From: an uncultured Clostridia bacterium
Lineage (GTDB): Bacteria; Bacillota; Clostridia; Lachnospirales; Lachnospiraceae
Direction: 5' to 3'
Assembly (NCBI GenBank): GCA_948472945.1
Contig: CAOKVX010000009.1
Location: forward strand, 9,752-73,751
DNA length: 64,000 bases
The notes beneath the pieces are model-generated. The model searched no databases, was not told where the DNA came from, and saw only the letters and a list, made by a program, of their open reading frames with translations. Each line of letters starts with the position of its first letter. Position 1 is the stretch's first letter. The translations under genes and the position numbers were made by a program. Positions 10,667 through 20,300 of this stretch are shown here, in pieces.

Positions 10667-11122
10667 ATGTTTGAACTTAGGCCTTACCGTAAAAGCGGTG
10701 CGGTTTCATACAATCCTTTTAGGGAAATGGAAGAGTTTGAAAAGAGATTTTTTAGCACGCCCTTTTCATCCTTTTTTAACAGCAGGTATATTGGAGAGTT
10801 TAAGACTGATATTTCCGAACAGGGCGATAATTATATCTTGGAGGCAGATTTGCCCGGATTTGATAAAAAAGATATTCATCTTGAAATTTCCGATAACACT
10901 CTGACAATCAATGCGGAGCGAAATTCCGATTATGATGAAGAAAAAGATAGCGGCAAATATATACGTATAGAGCGTTCTTATGGGAAATACAGCCGTCAGT
11001 TTGATATATCGTCGATTGATTCTGACAATATAAAGGCAAATTATGAAAACGGCGTACTTAAGCTGACAATGCCAAAGAAGCAGGAAGTGTTGCCCGAAAC
11101 GAGACACCTGGAAATTGAATAG
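10667..11122 (+). CDS. Hsp20/alpha-crystallin small heat-shock protein
   Basis: LEADLPGFDKKDI, RIERSYGKYSRQF, ANYENGVLKLTMPK. ATG 10667 follows RBS AAGGGGG; an extended -10 TGgTATAAT lies at 10584-10592. Confidence 0.92.
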   Translation: MFELRPYRKSGAVSYNPFREMEEFEKRFFSTPFSSFFNSRYIGEFKTDISEQGDNYILEADLPGFDKKDIHLEISDNTLTINAERNSDYDEEKDSGKYIRIERSYGKYSRQFDISSIDSDNIKANYENGVLKLTMPKKQEVLPETRHLEIE

Positions 11123-11148
11123 GATATTATAATATTAGGATTTAATAT

Positions 11149-11183
11149 AAAAGAAAGCGCTTTATCGACGCGCTTTCTTTTTT
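11149..11183. terminator. Bidirectional terminator between hsp20 and tRNA-Ser
   Basis: AAAAGAAAGCGC-9 nt-GCGCTTTCTTTTTT between convergent genes. Confidence 0.8.
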
Positions 11184-11188
11184 GGCTA

Positions 11189-11278
11189 CGGAGACGGTGG
11201 GATTCGAACCCACGTGCCGGGATTAACCGACAACTCGATTTCGAGTCGAGCTCGTTATGACCTCTTCGATACGTCTCC
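11189..11278 (-). tRNA. tRNA-Ser (anticodon CGA), CCA not encoded
   Basis: Acceptor stem GGAGACG/CGTCTCC, anticodon arm CTCGA-CT CGA AA-TCGAG, long variable arm, T-arm GTGGG-TTCGAAT-CCCAC, discriminator G. Confidence 0.95.
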
Positions 11279-11349
11279 CCATTGTTAAAATGTGATAAGT
11301 CAATCAAACTTAATCCTTATTAAAGACAAGTTTGATATCACACCTGTTG

Positions 11350-11378
11350 ATTATATATTAAAAAGCCTTATTGTGCAA
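11350..11378 (-). promoter_or_regulatory. SigA-type promoter for tRNA-Ser
   Basis: Minus strand TTGCAC-17 bp-TATAAT. Confidence 0.65.
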
Positions 11379-11424
11379 GTACTAATTTTATTTTTTGAAA
11401 ATGCATAGTTTTTATGTTGACGTG

Positions 11425-12402
11425 TTAATGTGACGCAAGCTGAATTATAAGCGTCTCAATCGCAATCTGTGGCTGAATCTTTCCGGTTTTAAAGCATGTC
11501 TCGGTCTCTACGCAGCAGTTTAACCGGCTGATTAGTTCGTGCCTGTTATAGATACCGGCCTGCGATTTGTATTTTTTTACTGCAAACGACGGAATTGACA
11601 GCAGCTTTGCAATGTTCATGTCTGTCTCATGGGACATATCTTTAATCTGTGCGAGAATATTATAGTGTCTTGTCAGAAGAGACAGAATCTTTGACGGTGA
11701 TTCCTTGGCAAGTACAAGGTCACGGTACAGGCTAAGCGCCTCCGTTTTCTTTCCTGAAACGATATAATCCATCATTGTGAATATCCGGCTTGAAAGAATA
11801 GAAGTACATATAGCTTCAACTTCAGGCATGTCTATCTCTTTGGTGTCTGCGCTGTACGCAATAAGTTTTTCCAGTTCGCATGACAGAGATGTCTTGTCTG
11901 AACCGGCCTTGCTTATAATGAGCTTTGCGGCGCGCATTGTAATTTTGTAGCCAAAGTTATTAAGATATCCGGCAATCCACATCGGAAGTTCGCGGTCGGA
12001 CTCTTGGTTAAGCTCGACAACGGTTCCCTTGTTTTTGACATACTTGTACAGGGAATTTCTTTTGTCGACAGCCGATTCTATGAACACGATATAAGTTGAG
12101 TCGGGCATGTCGCACAAGCTGTCGCATAAGCTGTTTGACGACTTGAAAAGTCCGCTCGCTGTGACGATTATAAGCTGCCTGTCCGAAAAGAACGGCAGTG
12201 ATATAATCTGTTCGATAAGGTCGGAAATGTTATAAGAATTACCGTCAAATCGGTGATAGTTCATATTTCCCTCTGCGGGCTCATTTAATATGTTATCGGT
12301 GAGCATCTGCCTGCATTTCCTTATGTTATAATCCTCCTCGCCGTAAAGCAGATATATATTAGAAAATTCTCTGTTTTTTATATGTTTTAAAATAGTCTGC
12401 AA
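11425..12402 (-). CDS. holA: DNA polymerase III delta subunit
   Basis: IYLLYGEEDY, SLPFFSDRQLIIV, ELEKLIAY; TTG start after RBS GGAGG. Confidence 0.9.
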   Translation of the reverse strand: MQTILKHIKNREFSNIYLLYGEEDYNIRKCRQMLTDNILNEPAEGNMNYHRFDGNSYNISDLIEQIISLPFFSDRQLIIVTASGLFKSSNSLCDSLCDMPDSTYIVFIESAVDKRNSLYKYVKNKGTVVELNQESDRELPMWIAGYLNNFGYKITMRAAKLIISKAGSDKTSLSCELEKLIAYSADTKEIDMPEVEAICTSILSSRIFTMMDYIVSGKKTEALSLYRDLVLAKESPSKILSLLTRHYNILAQIKDMSHETDMNIAKLLSIPSFAVKKYKSQAGIYNRHELISRLNCCVETETCFKTGKIQPQIAIETLIIQLASH

Positions 12403-12435
12403 AATATTTGGCCTCCATACGAACTAATTAATAGC

Positions 12436-12463
12436 AGTATAACATATATCGGTAATTCCGCAA
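12436..12463 (-). promoter_or_regulatory. Candidate holA promoter
   Basis: Minus strand TTGCGG-16 bp-TATACT with an extended TG motif. Confidence 0.45.
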
Positions 12464-12539
12464 TATATTCAGTCGTTATAAATTTTATAAAAGTAAAATG
12501 TTTAAAAAATCAATACATAACTAAAAATTTCCTGTAATG

Positions 12540-12568
12540 TTTACAGTAATTAACTAAAATGGTATACT
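12540..12568 (+). promoter_or_regulatory. SigA-type promoter of the polysaccharide locus
   Basis: TTTACA-17 bp-TATACT with an extended TG motif. Confidence 0.6.
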
Positions 12569-12599
12569 ACACACATAGGTATTATAAGGAGGTCATTAA

Positions 12600-13757
12600 A
12601 TGAGAGCGTTAATGTTTGCGTCTGTTGCTTCAATGGTTGATTTGTTCAACAGGGACAATATAAGAATACTGGAGGAACTTGGTTATAAGGTAGACGTTGC
12701 CGCAAACTTTTTGGAGGGCAGCGTGTACAGCGCCGGACAGGTAAAGAGATTTAAAAAGGAATTGATTAATTCGGGACATGATGTAATAGACGTCCCTGTT
12801 CCGCGCTCAATGTTTGATATTGCCGGGATGGTTAAGACTGTTATCAGGCTCAGAAAACATATGGCTGCAAAACACTATGATATAATACACTGCCAATCGC
12901 CGATAGGAGGAGTTTTGTGCAGGCTTGCGGCGGCGTCTTTTAGGAGAGATGGCACAAAGGTTGTATATTACGCTCATGGGTTTCATTTCTATAAGGGGGC
13001 CGATTTGTTTAACAGGATAGTATTTTACAATATTGAGAAGATTTGCGCGCGTATTACAGACTGCATTATAACTCTCAATCATGAGGACTACGGGGCGGCT
13101 TCGCGGAAATTTGCGGCGCGGGTTGAATATGTGCGCGGCGTTGGGATGAACATTGACGAGATAGAGCGAATTCCGGCCGATAGGGAAAATGTAAGGAAAG
13201 AGCTTTTAATACCGTCGGACAAAAAAATAATTCTGTCCGTCTGTGAGCTTAGCCGCAGGAAGAACTGCGCCGTGGCAATTGAAGCGTTTGCGAGGGCGGA
13301 CAGGGATGACGCCGTGCTCGTTTTGTGCGGAATAGGCGAACAGATTGATATGCTTAAGGAACTTGCGGCGACGCTTGGCGTGGAGAAAAAAGTGATATTT
13401 GCCGGATTCTGCAATGATATAATAAGGATGTTTAAGGCTGCCGATATGTTTATATTCACATCAAAACAGGAGGGGCTTCCTGCGGCGCTTATGCAGGCGA
13501 TGGCTTGCGGGCTTCCGGTAGTATGCTCAAGAATTCGCGGGAATACGGACCTTATAGAGAATAAAAAGCAGGGATTTATGTGCGCGTATGATAATGTTGA
13601 AGGTTTTTGCAAAGGTATTAACATACTGCTCGACAATCCTAAACTTGGACGTAAAATGGGTTCAAGAAGCAGGGAAGTAATTAAGTTGTACGATAAAAAG
13701 TACGTTAATGAAAGAATGAGGGAGATATATTTGTCTTTGAAGGATGAAAACCTGTGA
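12600..13757 (+). CDS. GT4 family glycosyltransferase (EpsD-like)
   Basis: IIHCQSPIGG, YYAHGFHFYKG, TSKQEGLPAALMQAMACGLPVV. Confidence 0.88.
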   Translation: MRALMFASVASMVDLFNRDNIRILEELGYKVDVAANFLEGSVYSAGQVKRFKKELINSGHDVIDVPVPRSMFDIAGMVKTVIRLRKHMAAKHYDIIHCQSPIGGVLCRLAAASFRRDGTKVVYYAHGFHFYKGADLFNRIVFYNIEKICARITDCIITLNHEDYGAASRKFAARVEYVRGVGMNIDEIERIPADRENVRKELLIPSDKKIILSVCELSRRKNCAVAIEAFARADRDDAVLVLCGIGEQIDMLKELAATLGVEKKVIFAGFCNDIIRMFKAADMFIFTSKQEGLPAALMQAMACGLPVVCSRIRGNTDLIENKKQGFMCAYDNVEGFCKGINILLDNPKLGRKMGSRSREVIKLYDKKYVNERMREIYLSLKDENL

Positions 13758-13797
13758 CGCAAGAACACTGTTGAAAGGAACGGGGTGGTAATAAAAG

Positions 13798-14700
13798 ATG
13801 GATAAAAAAATACAGATACTTATGTCGACGTATAACGGTGAAAAATTCATAAGAAAGCAGCTTGACAGCATAGTTAATCAGGACTGTAAAATATCGCTTT
13901 TGATACGTGACGACGGATCGACTGACTCGACAATTGACATAATAAATGAATACATGCACAAATACGATTTTATCACCCTTGTAGAGGGTACAAACAAGGG
14001 CGTGGTAAAAAGCTTTTTTGAATTAATCAGGATTTCGGATTCAGATGCCGACTACTATTCTTTTGCAGATCAGGATGATATATGGTTTGGGGGAAAGATA
14101 TCAAGAGCGGTGAAGAAGCTTGAGAAAATGAATGAGAGAAAGCCATGTCTGTATTGTTCAAGGCAGACGCTTATAGACGGTGATGATAAAATTTTGGCGG
14201 TAAAAATGAAGGATGTGCATATAAGGCCGGGATTTGGAAATGCTATTGTTGAAAATATAGCGACGGGATGTACGTGTGTAATCAACAAAAAGCTCCGCGA
14301 CCTTGCGGCCGGATACGAACCTGAATACACTATTATGCATGACTGGTGGCTTTATATGCTTGCATCGTATATGGGCGAAGTGTATTTTGACAACAGGCCT
14401 CAGATGTACTACAGGCAGCACGGCAGAAACACTATGGGTTCAAGGACTAATTATATAGATGAATTCAGGGAGAGGGTAAAAAGATTTTCTTCAAATAAAA
14501 ACAAATTATACAGGCAGCTTGTTTCATTTAACAAAAAGTACGGTAGAGATGATGAAAACAGACCGATAGTAGACATGGTTCTCGGATATAAAAAAGATAT
14601 GGGTAAGCGAATTAAATGTATTACGAGCGGGAAAATATACAGACAGAGAAAAATTGATAATCTCATTTTTAAAATTCTTTTTCTGACAAACCATATATAA
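13798..14700 (+). CDS. GT2 glycosyltransferase (RgpB-like rhamnosyltransferase)
   Basis: ILMSTYNGEKFI, IRDDGSTD, FADQDDIW, MHDWW, YRQHG. Confidence 0.85.
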   Translation: MDKKIQILMSTYNGEKFIRKQLDSIVNQDCKISLLIRDDGSTDSTIDIINEYMHKYDFITLVEGTNKGVVKSFFELIRISDSDADYYSFADQDDIWFGGKISRAVKKLEKMNERKPCLYCSRQTLIDGDDKILAVKMKDVHIRPGFGNAIVENIATGCTCVINKKLRDLAAGYEPEYTIMHDWWLYMLASYMGEVYFDNRPQMYYRQHGRNTMGSRTNYIDEFRERVKRFSSNKNKLYRQLVSFNKKYGRDDENRPIVDMVLGYKKDMGKRIKCITSGKIYRQRKIDNLIFKILFLTNHI

Positions 14701-14826
14701 GGCGGCACTGCAGCGACGTTTTGACGCTGTATTACGTATATATTTGATATTGCACCACACACGGAACTGTGTTATTATAATAGATATTTTTGTAATAATA
14801 TGAAGATTATGGTTAGTAAGTGAGGT

Positions 14827-15408
14827 ATGGAGATGGATGTAATTGATACAGAAGTTGTTGGAGTGAAGATACTTAAGCCGCAGGTTTTCGGAGATAACAG
14901 AGGATGGTTTATGGAGAGCTGGTCAAAAAAGAAAATGGAGGATGCCGGTCTGTTTTATGATTTTGTGCAGGATAACCAGTCGTTTTCAGCATCAAAGGGC
15001 ACTATAAGAGGACTTCATTTTCAGTATGCGGATGATGCTCAGGCCAAGCTTGTAAGGTGCGTCAGGGGCGCTGTGCTCGACGTAGCCGTTGACCTTAGAA
15101 AGGGTTCGCCTACTTATAAAAAATGGGCTGCCGTTGAGCTTACGCCTGATAATTATAAGCAGCTTCTCATTCCCAGAGGATGCGCGCACGGATTTTTGAC
15201 TTTGACTGACAATGTTGAGTTTGTTTACAAAGAGGACAACCTGTACTGTCATCCGGCCGATAGAAATATAATATGGAATGACCCTGATATAGGGATTGAT
15301 TGGGGTATTGACAATCCTGTTCTCTCAGATAAGGATGCCAAAGCGCCGATGCTTAAGGATGTCGAGAATGATGAGGCTTATATTAATTTTGTTTATGATG
15401 TACAATAA
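14827..15408 (+). CDS. rmlC: dTDP-4-dehydrorhamnose 3,5-epimerase
   Basis: DNRGWFMESW, FVQDNQSFS, RGLHFQ, AQAKLVRC, GCAHGF. Confidence 0.95.
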   Translation: MEMDVIDTEVVGVKILKPQVFGDNRGWFMESWSKKKMEDAGLFYDFVQDNQSFSASKGTIRGLHFQYADDAQAKLVRCVRGAVLDVAVDLRKGSPTYKKWAAVELTPDNYKQLLIPRGCAHGFLTLTDNVEFVYKEDNLYCHPADRNIIWNDPDIGIDWGIDNPVLSDKDAKAPMLKDVENDEAYINFVYDVQ

Positions 15409-15454
15409 ATAAAAAGTTTGATTTATGCAGCAAATATGATATTCAGAGAGGGAT

Positions 15455-16306
15455 ATGTGTATGAAAGTTCTTGTAACCGGTTATAACGGGCAGTTGGGTT
15501 TTGATGTTGTAAAGGAACTTACGGCAAGGGGTATAGAGAGCAGGGGAGTAGACATTGAAGATTTTGACATTACGGATGAGAAAGCTGTATCTGACTACGT
15601 CAGGGCTTATAATCCTGATGTTTTAGTACACTGCTCCGCTTACACTGCTGTTGATAAGGCGGAGGATAATATTCAGGTATGCAGGGCTGTTAATGTTGAC
15701 GGTCCCCGCAATATTGCAAAGATATGTAAGGAGCTTGACTGTAAGCTTGTATATTTTAGCACCGATTATGTATTTCCGGGAACCGGGGATGAATATTATG
15801 AAGTTGATTCGCCTACGGGACCGCTTGGACAGTATGGAATTACTAAGCTCGACGGAGAGCGTGCGGTTACGGAAGCAGTTGAAAAGTATTTTATAATAAG
15901 AATTTCGTGGGTATTTGGAATAAATGGAAATAATTTTATAAAGACAATGCTGAGGGTTGGAAAGGAACATGACACCGTGAGGGTTGTCGATGACCAGATT
16001 GGCTCTCCGACATACACGGCCGACCTTTCAAAGCTGGTGTGCGATATGCTTGTTACAGAGAAATATGGTATATACCACGCAACTAATGAGGGAGTGTGCT
16101 CGTGGGCTGATTTTACTGAGGAGATATTCAGGCTTGCAGGGTACGACACGGAAATAAAACGCGTCACTACTGAAGAATACGGAGCAAGGGCCCCTCGGCC
16201 TAAGAATTCGAGAATGTCCAAGAAAAGTCTTGATGAAGCCGGATTTTCAAGGCTTCCGGATTGGAAAGATGCGCTTAAGAGATATTTTGAGGAGCTGCAG
16301 CATTAA
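15455..16306 (+). CDS. rmlD: dTDP-4-dehydrorhamnose reductase
   Basis: VTGYNGQLG, AYTAVDKAE, STDYVF, YGITK, VDDQIGSPT, APRPKNS. Confidence 0.95.
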   Translation: MCMKVLVTGYNGQLGFDVVKELTARGIESRGVDIEDFDITDEKAVSDYVRAYNPDVLVHCSAYTAVDKAEDNIQVCRAVNVDGPRNIAKICKELDCKLVYFSTDYVFPGTGDEYYEVDSPTGPLGQYGITKLDGERAVTEAVEKYFIIRISWVFGINGNNFIKTMLRVGKEHDTVRVVDDQIGSPTYTADLSKLVCDMLVTEKYGIYHATNEGVCSWADFTEEIFRLAGYDTEIKRVTTEEYGARAPRPKNSRMSKKSLDEAGFSRLPDWKDALKRYFEELQH

Positions 16307-16319
16307 AAGGATTTGACAG

Positions 16320-17255
16320 ATGATTCATATATTAATGGCGGTTTATAACGGTGAAAAGTATCTGAGTGAGCAGCTTGAATCTATTGGAAAACAGACTGTT
16401 ACAGACTGGAAACTGCATATACGGGATGACGGGTCTTCAGACGGCACGTTATGTATAATAGAAGAATTTGCTTTGAGATATCCGGGAAAAGTCCATCTGC
16501 TGGAAGAAAGGCAAATTAATAATTATGGTTCAAAAGGCAATTTTGCTAAGCTTGTAGAGTGCGTAAGGGAAGACGGTGATTACGCATTTTGCGACCAGGA
16601 CGACATATGGGAACCGGATAAGCTGGAGATTTCTGAAAATGAACTTAGAAAAGCTGAAAAATGCAAGGATGGTAAAATAGTACCCGCTATGGTTTGTTCA
16701 GATGCAAAGCTCATTGATGAAAAAGGAGCTTTAACGGGAGAATCTTTTGCCGCAAACAGCAATCTGTATGTGTCGGGGCGGCAGACATTTGAAAAACTGC
16801 TGCTTTATAATTTTGCACAGGGTACGACAATGCTTTGGAATATGCAGTTACACAGAATTGTAAAGAATATACCGGCGGAAGCAGTTATGCATGACTGGTG
16901 GGTAGCGCTTGTTGCTGCCGGAAATGGCAGGATAAGATATATACCAAAGCAGCTTATCTCATACAGGCAGCACGCTAATAACGAGCTTGGCGAGTTTGAC
17001 AGGAAAGCGTGGCATAAAAGCTTTTTAAATAAAATGAAACTAAGTAATTGGAGGAGTCTGGTTAGGAACAACAGGCAGCTCCAAAGTGAGAGAGCCCGTC
17101 AGGCAGCGGCGTACAATATAATGTATGATGACCGCGCTGCGGAGCGCTATGCCGAGATAATGAAAAAAGGCAGGATTGCACGTACGGTAATAGGAATAAG
17201 GGAAGGATATATTTTTTTATCTAAAATTTATTCAATAAAATATTATATTTTGTAA
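16320..17255 (+). CDS. GT2 glycosyltransferase (RgpB-like)
   Basis: ILMAVYNGEKYL, IRDDGSSD, FCDQDDIW, MHDWW, YRQH. Confidence 0.85.
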   Translation: MIHILMAVYNGEKYLSEQLESIGKQTVTDWKLHIRDDGSSDGTLCIIEEFALRYPGKVHLLEERQINNYGSKGNFAKLVECVREDGDYAFCDQDDIWEPDKLEISENELRKAEKCKDGKIVPAMVCSDAKLIDEKGALTGESFAANSNLYVSGRQTFEKLLLYNFAQGTTMLWNMQLHRIVKNIPAEAVMHDWWVALVAAGNGRIRYIPKQLISYRQHANNELGEFDRKAWHKSFLNKMKLSNWRSLVRNNRQLQSERARQAAAYNIMYDDRAAERYAEIMKKGRIARTVIGIREGYIFLSKIYSIKYYIL

Positions 17256-18887
17256 ATGGAGGAAGGCATTCTAGTTGGTGCCGGCATAACAAGTATAATG
17301 AACAAAATATACAGCATGATAAGAAATGAGGGAATATGCGGGTTCCTGAAACGAGTTTATTGCAGTATAAAGAGAAGAATATATGTAAGACTGTATTTCA
17401 GTCGCTGCGTGAGTTGGAGTAATAAACAACTTAGCCTGCAGAGAAACGCATATTACCCAAAGAAAATTTTGTATAGTATTATCGTGCCTGTATATAATAC
17501 ACCGGAAAAATATCTGCTTGAAATGCTTGAATCGTGTTTTATGCAGACATATCCGGAATGGGAGTTATGTATTGCGGACGCTAGCGACGAAGCACATTCA
17601 TATGTCGGCGGCATTATATCAGATAAATTAAAAGAAGATTCTAGGATCAGATATTTAAAGCTGGAAAATAATAATGGAATATCGGACAATACAAACGAGG
17701 CCCTGAAAATTGCGCGGGGCGATTATATTGTACTGCTCGACCATGACGACATGCTGCATCCTTCCGCGTTATACGAATGCATGGCAGTTCTGCAAAAGAA
17801 GTGCGCGGATTTTATATATACGGATGAGCTTGTTTTTGAGAAAAAAATAAATAATGTCAAAAGTATACATTTAAAACCTGATTTTTCGCCGGATAGTCTC
17901 AGAGGAAACAATTATATATGCCATATGAGCGTTTTTTCACGTGAGCTTGTGGAAAGGACAGGTTTTTTCATAAGGGAGTATGATGGTTCTCAGGATTATG
18001 ATATGATTTTACGCCTTACTGAGCTTGCAAAGAATATTATTCATATTCCCAAAGTTTTATATTTTTGGAGAAGCCACAGCGGGTCTGTCGCGGGTGGAAT
18101 ATCCGCCAAAACGTATACTGTTGAAGCGGGCAGGCGGGCCGTTATTAGTCATATTGATAGGATTGGAAGAAGCGGAAAAGTTGAGAGTAATCCCGAGTTT
18201 CCGATAGTATATAATATTAAATATGATGTTCCCGAGGATATCCATATATCTATATTGATATGGGGCACAGATAAAAACAGGGTTTCGTATGAGAGTATTT
18301 CAAAATTAAAGATAAATACCGATTACGTTTCTTATGACATAGCTGTCGGCGGAGTCGTTTCAGATGGAGATTTGGAACTGATTAGTCAAAAATATGTATT
18401 TTATAAAAATATATCTGATATACATGAATTTTTCAATACTGTCTCCGAAAAGGCTAAGGGAAAGTATATCGTATTTATGAACGGTATGTCTGATATATTG
18501 TCAAAGGATTGGCTTCGACAGATGCTTATGCTGGCAATGTGGGACAATACCGGAGCTGTGGGGATAAGAACTTTGTCATCACAAAATAAAATAGCCGACT
18601 GCGGCGCATATGTAAAAGATTACGCCGCTAAGAAGCTGGCATACTACAGCCGAGGAGACAGCCGCAGCAACTGCGGATATATGATGCTTAATATGTATGC
18701 GCATAATGTAGATATTCCAAGTACTGCGTGTATTATGATAGGAAAGGAAAAGTTTGTTTGTGCCGGAGGATTTGATTTTGAGAGCTCTGACGAATATTGT
18801 ATGGCGGCGATGTGCTTGAAATTAAAGGAAAGGGGTTATTTTAATATATGTAACCCTTTGGCGGATATTATCAGAAAGCCGGCTTGA
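17256..18887 (+). CDS. Tandem-domain GT2 glycosyltransferase, second domain degenerate
   Basis: First domain intact (SIIVPVYNT, LDHDD, YTDE, YDGSQDYD, LYFWR); the second GT-A domain lacks its canonical motifs and ends early. Confidence 0.75.
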   Translation: MEEGILVGAGITSIMNKIYSMIRNEGICGFLKRVYCSIKRRIYVRLYFSRCVSWSNKQLSLQRNAYYPKKILYSIIVPVYNTPEKYLLEMLESCFMQTYPEWELCIADASDEAHSYVGGIISDKLKEDSRIRYLKLENNNGISDNTNEALKIARGDYIVLLDHDDMLHPSALYECMAVLQKKCADFIYTDELVFEKKINNVKSIHLKPDFSPDSLRGNNYICHMSVFSRELVERTGFFIREYDGSQDYDMILRLTELAKNIIHIPKVLYFWRSHSGSVAGGISAKTYTVEAGRRAVISHIDRIGRSGKVESNPEFPIVYNIKYDVPEDIHISILIWGTDKNRVSYESISKLKINTDYVSYDIAVGGVVSDGDLELISQKYVFYKNISDIHEFFNTVSEKAKGKYIVFMNGMSDILSKDWLRQMLMLAMWDNTGAVGIRTLSSQNKIADCGAYVKDYAAKKLAYYSRGDSRSNCGYMMLNMYAHNVDIPSTACIMIGKEKFVCAGGFDFESSDEYCMAAMCLKLKERGYFNICNPLADIIRKPA

Positions 18888-18917
18888 GAGTGAATTTTTT
18901 TAGTAAGGAGTCATAAG

Positions 18918-20285
18918 ATGAAAAAGAGATTGTTTTGTGCTTTTTTAATTATTTTTGCCGTGGCAGTTAATATTCTTATTATCAGTAAGGGCCAGAATCT
19001 TATAGATTCAGGGGTGGAAGTTGCGGTTGAGCTTGAAATGGATGCTGATAGCGATGTACAGTTGATGTATTCAGACGGGATTTTTGATTTGGAGCACGTC
19101 AGTACGCTACAGTACAAAAAAGATATGGGAAAGCAGTCTCTTGTGTTTGATATTCCAACAGAGTATACTGCATGGCGTTTGGACTATGGTGAATATACTG
19201 GTGATATAAGATTATATTCGATTAATATTAAAACCTCTGAAAATGAACATAAAGTCGATTTGGGGGCCGTTTTAAGCGCAGAGCACAATGATATCGGCAA
19301 GGCTGAAACACTTGACGGCGTGTGTGTTATAAATTCAATCGGGGAAGACCCATACAGTATTCTGGACATGTCAAAAGTTGGACTGAATCAGATTCTTAAT
19401 GAAGATTCACAGACAAAAAGCCTTGTATTGAAAATAATAATATGTGCTTTTTTTGATATTATTTTAATTTTTATATTGCGCAGGATTGATTCCCTGTACT
19501 CCTCGCTTTCTGAGATGTTCCACTGCAGGAAACTGATATTTAGTCTTGCAAAAAATGATTTTAAGACTAAATATGTCGGATCGCTACTCGGTATGCTGTG
19601 GGCGTTTATAAGACCTGTAATTACAGTGCTTGTATACTGGTTTGTCTTTCAGGTCGGACTTGGCAGTCAGGACGTCAACGGATGTCCGTTTGTGCTATGG
19701 CTGATAACTGGTCTTGTGCCTTGGTTTTTCTTTTCAGAGGCGCTCAGCGGAGGAACCGCGTCGCTGCTCGAATATCAGTATCTTGTAAAAAAGATTGTGT
19801 TTAATATAAGTACGATACCCGTTGTGAAAGTTTTTTCAGCGCTGTTTGCACATGTATTTTTTATGGCGCTTCCGGTAGTAATATATTGCTGTTATGGAAA
19901 TGCGCCGCATCTGTATATGCTTCAGCTTTTCTATTATCTTATATGTATGGTAGTATTTATGATTGCAGTTGTGTACTTTACAAGCGCGGTAGTACTATTT
20001 TTTAAAGATACAATACAGATAATAGGCGTTATTTTGGAAATTGGAATTTGGATGACGCCGATAATGTGGCAGCTTACTCTTATACCGGAGCAGTTCAGGT
20101 GGATTTTTAAAATAAATCCTATGTATTATATTGTATACGGCTATAGAGATTCGATAATCTCAAAAGTGTGGTTTTGGGATAAAATGTATCTGACGGGTTA
20201 TTTTTGGATATTAACTATATTGATGTTTGCCGGTGGAATTAAAATATTTAACAGATTGAAAGTGCACTTTGCAGATGTACTGTAG
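18918..20285 (+). CDS. Polysaccharide ABC transporter permease (Wzm/RgpC) with ~190-aa N-terminal extension
   Basis: NDFKTKYVGSLLGMLWAFIRP, TGLVPWFFFSE, WMTPIMW, INPMYYIVYGYRD; preceded by a TM + beta-rich domain + TM. Confidence 0.9.
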   Translation: MKKRLFCAFLIIFAVAVNILIISKGQNLIDSGVEVAVELEMDADSDVQLMYSDGIFDLEHVSTLQYKKDMGKQSLVFDIPTEYTAWRLDYGEYTGDIRLYSINIKTSENEHKVDLGAVLSAEHNDIGKAETLDGVCVINSIGEDPYSILDMSKVGLNQILNEDSQTKSLVLKIIICAFFDIILIFILRRIDSLYSSLSEMFHCRKLIFSLAKNDFKTKYVGSLLGMLWAFIRPVITVLVYWFVFQVGLGSQDVNGCPFVLWLITGLVPWFFFSEALSGGTASLLEYQYLVKKIVFNISTIPVVKVFSALFAHVFFMALPVVIYCCYGNAPHLYMLQLFYYLICMVVFMIAVVYFTSAVVLFFKDTIQIIGVILEIGIWMTPIMWQLTLIPEQFRWIFKINPMYYIVYGYRDSIISKVWFWDKMYLTGYFWILTILMFAGGIKIFNRLKVHFADVL

Positions 20286-20300
20286 AAAGAGGGATGTTAC

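Noticed and set aside
6720-11190. Integrative island at the tRNA-Ser 3' end
   Set aside because: No duplicated tRNA 3' sequence was found at the far side and no integrase is present, so it is not called as a mobile element.
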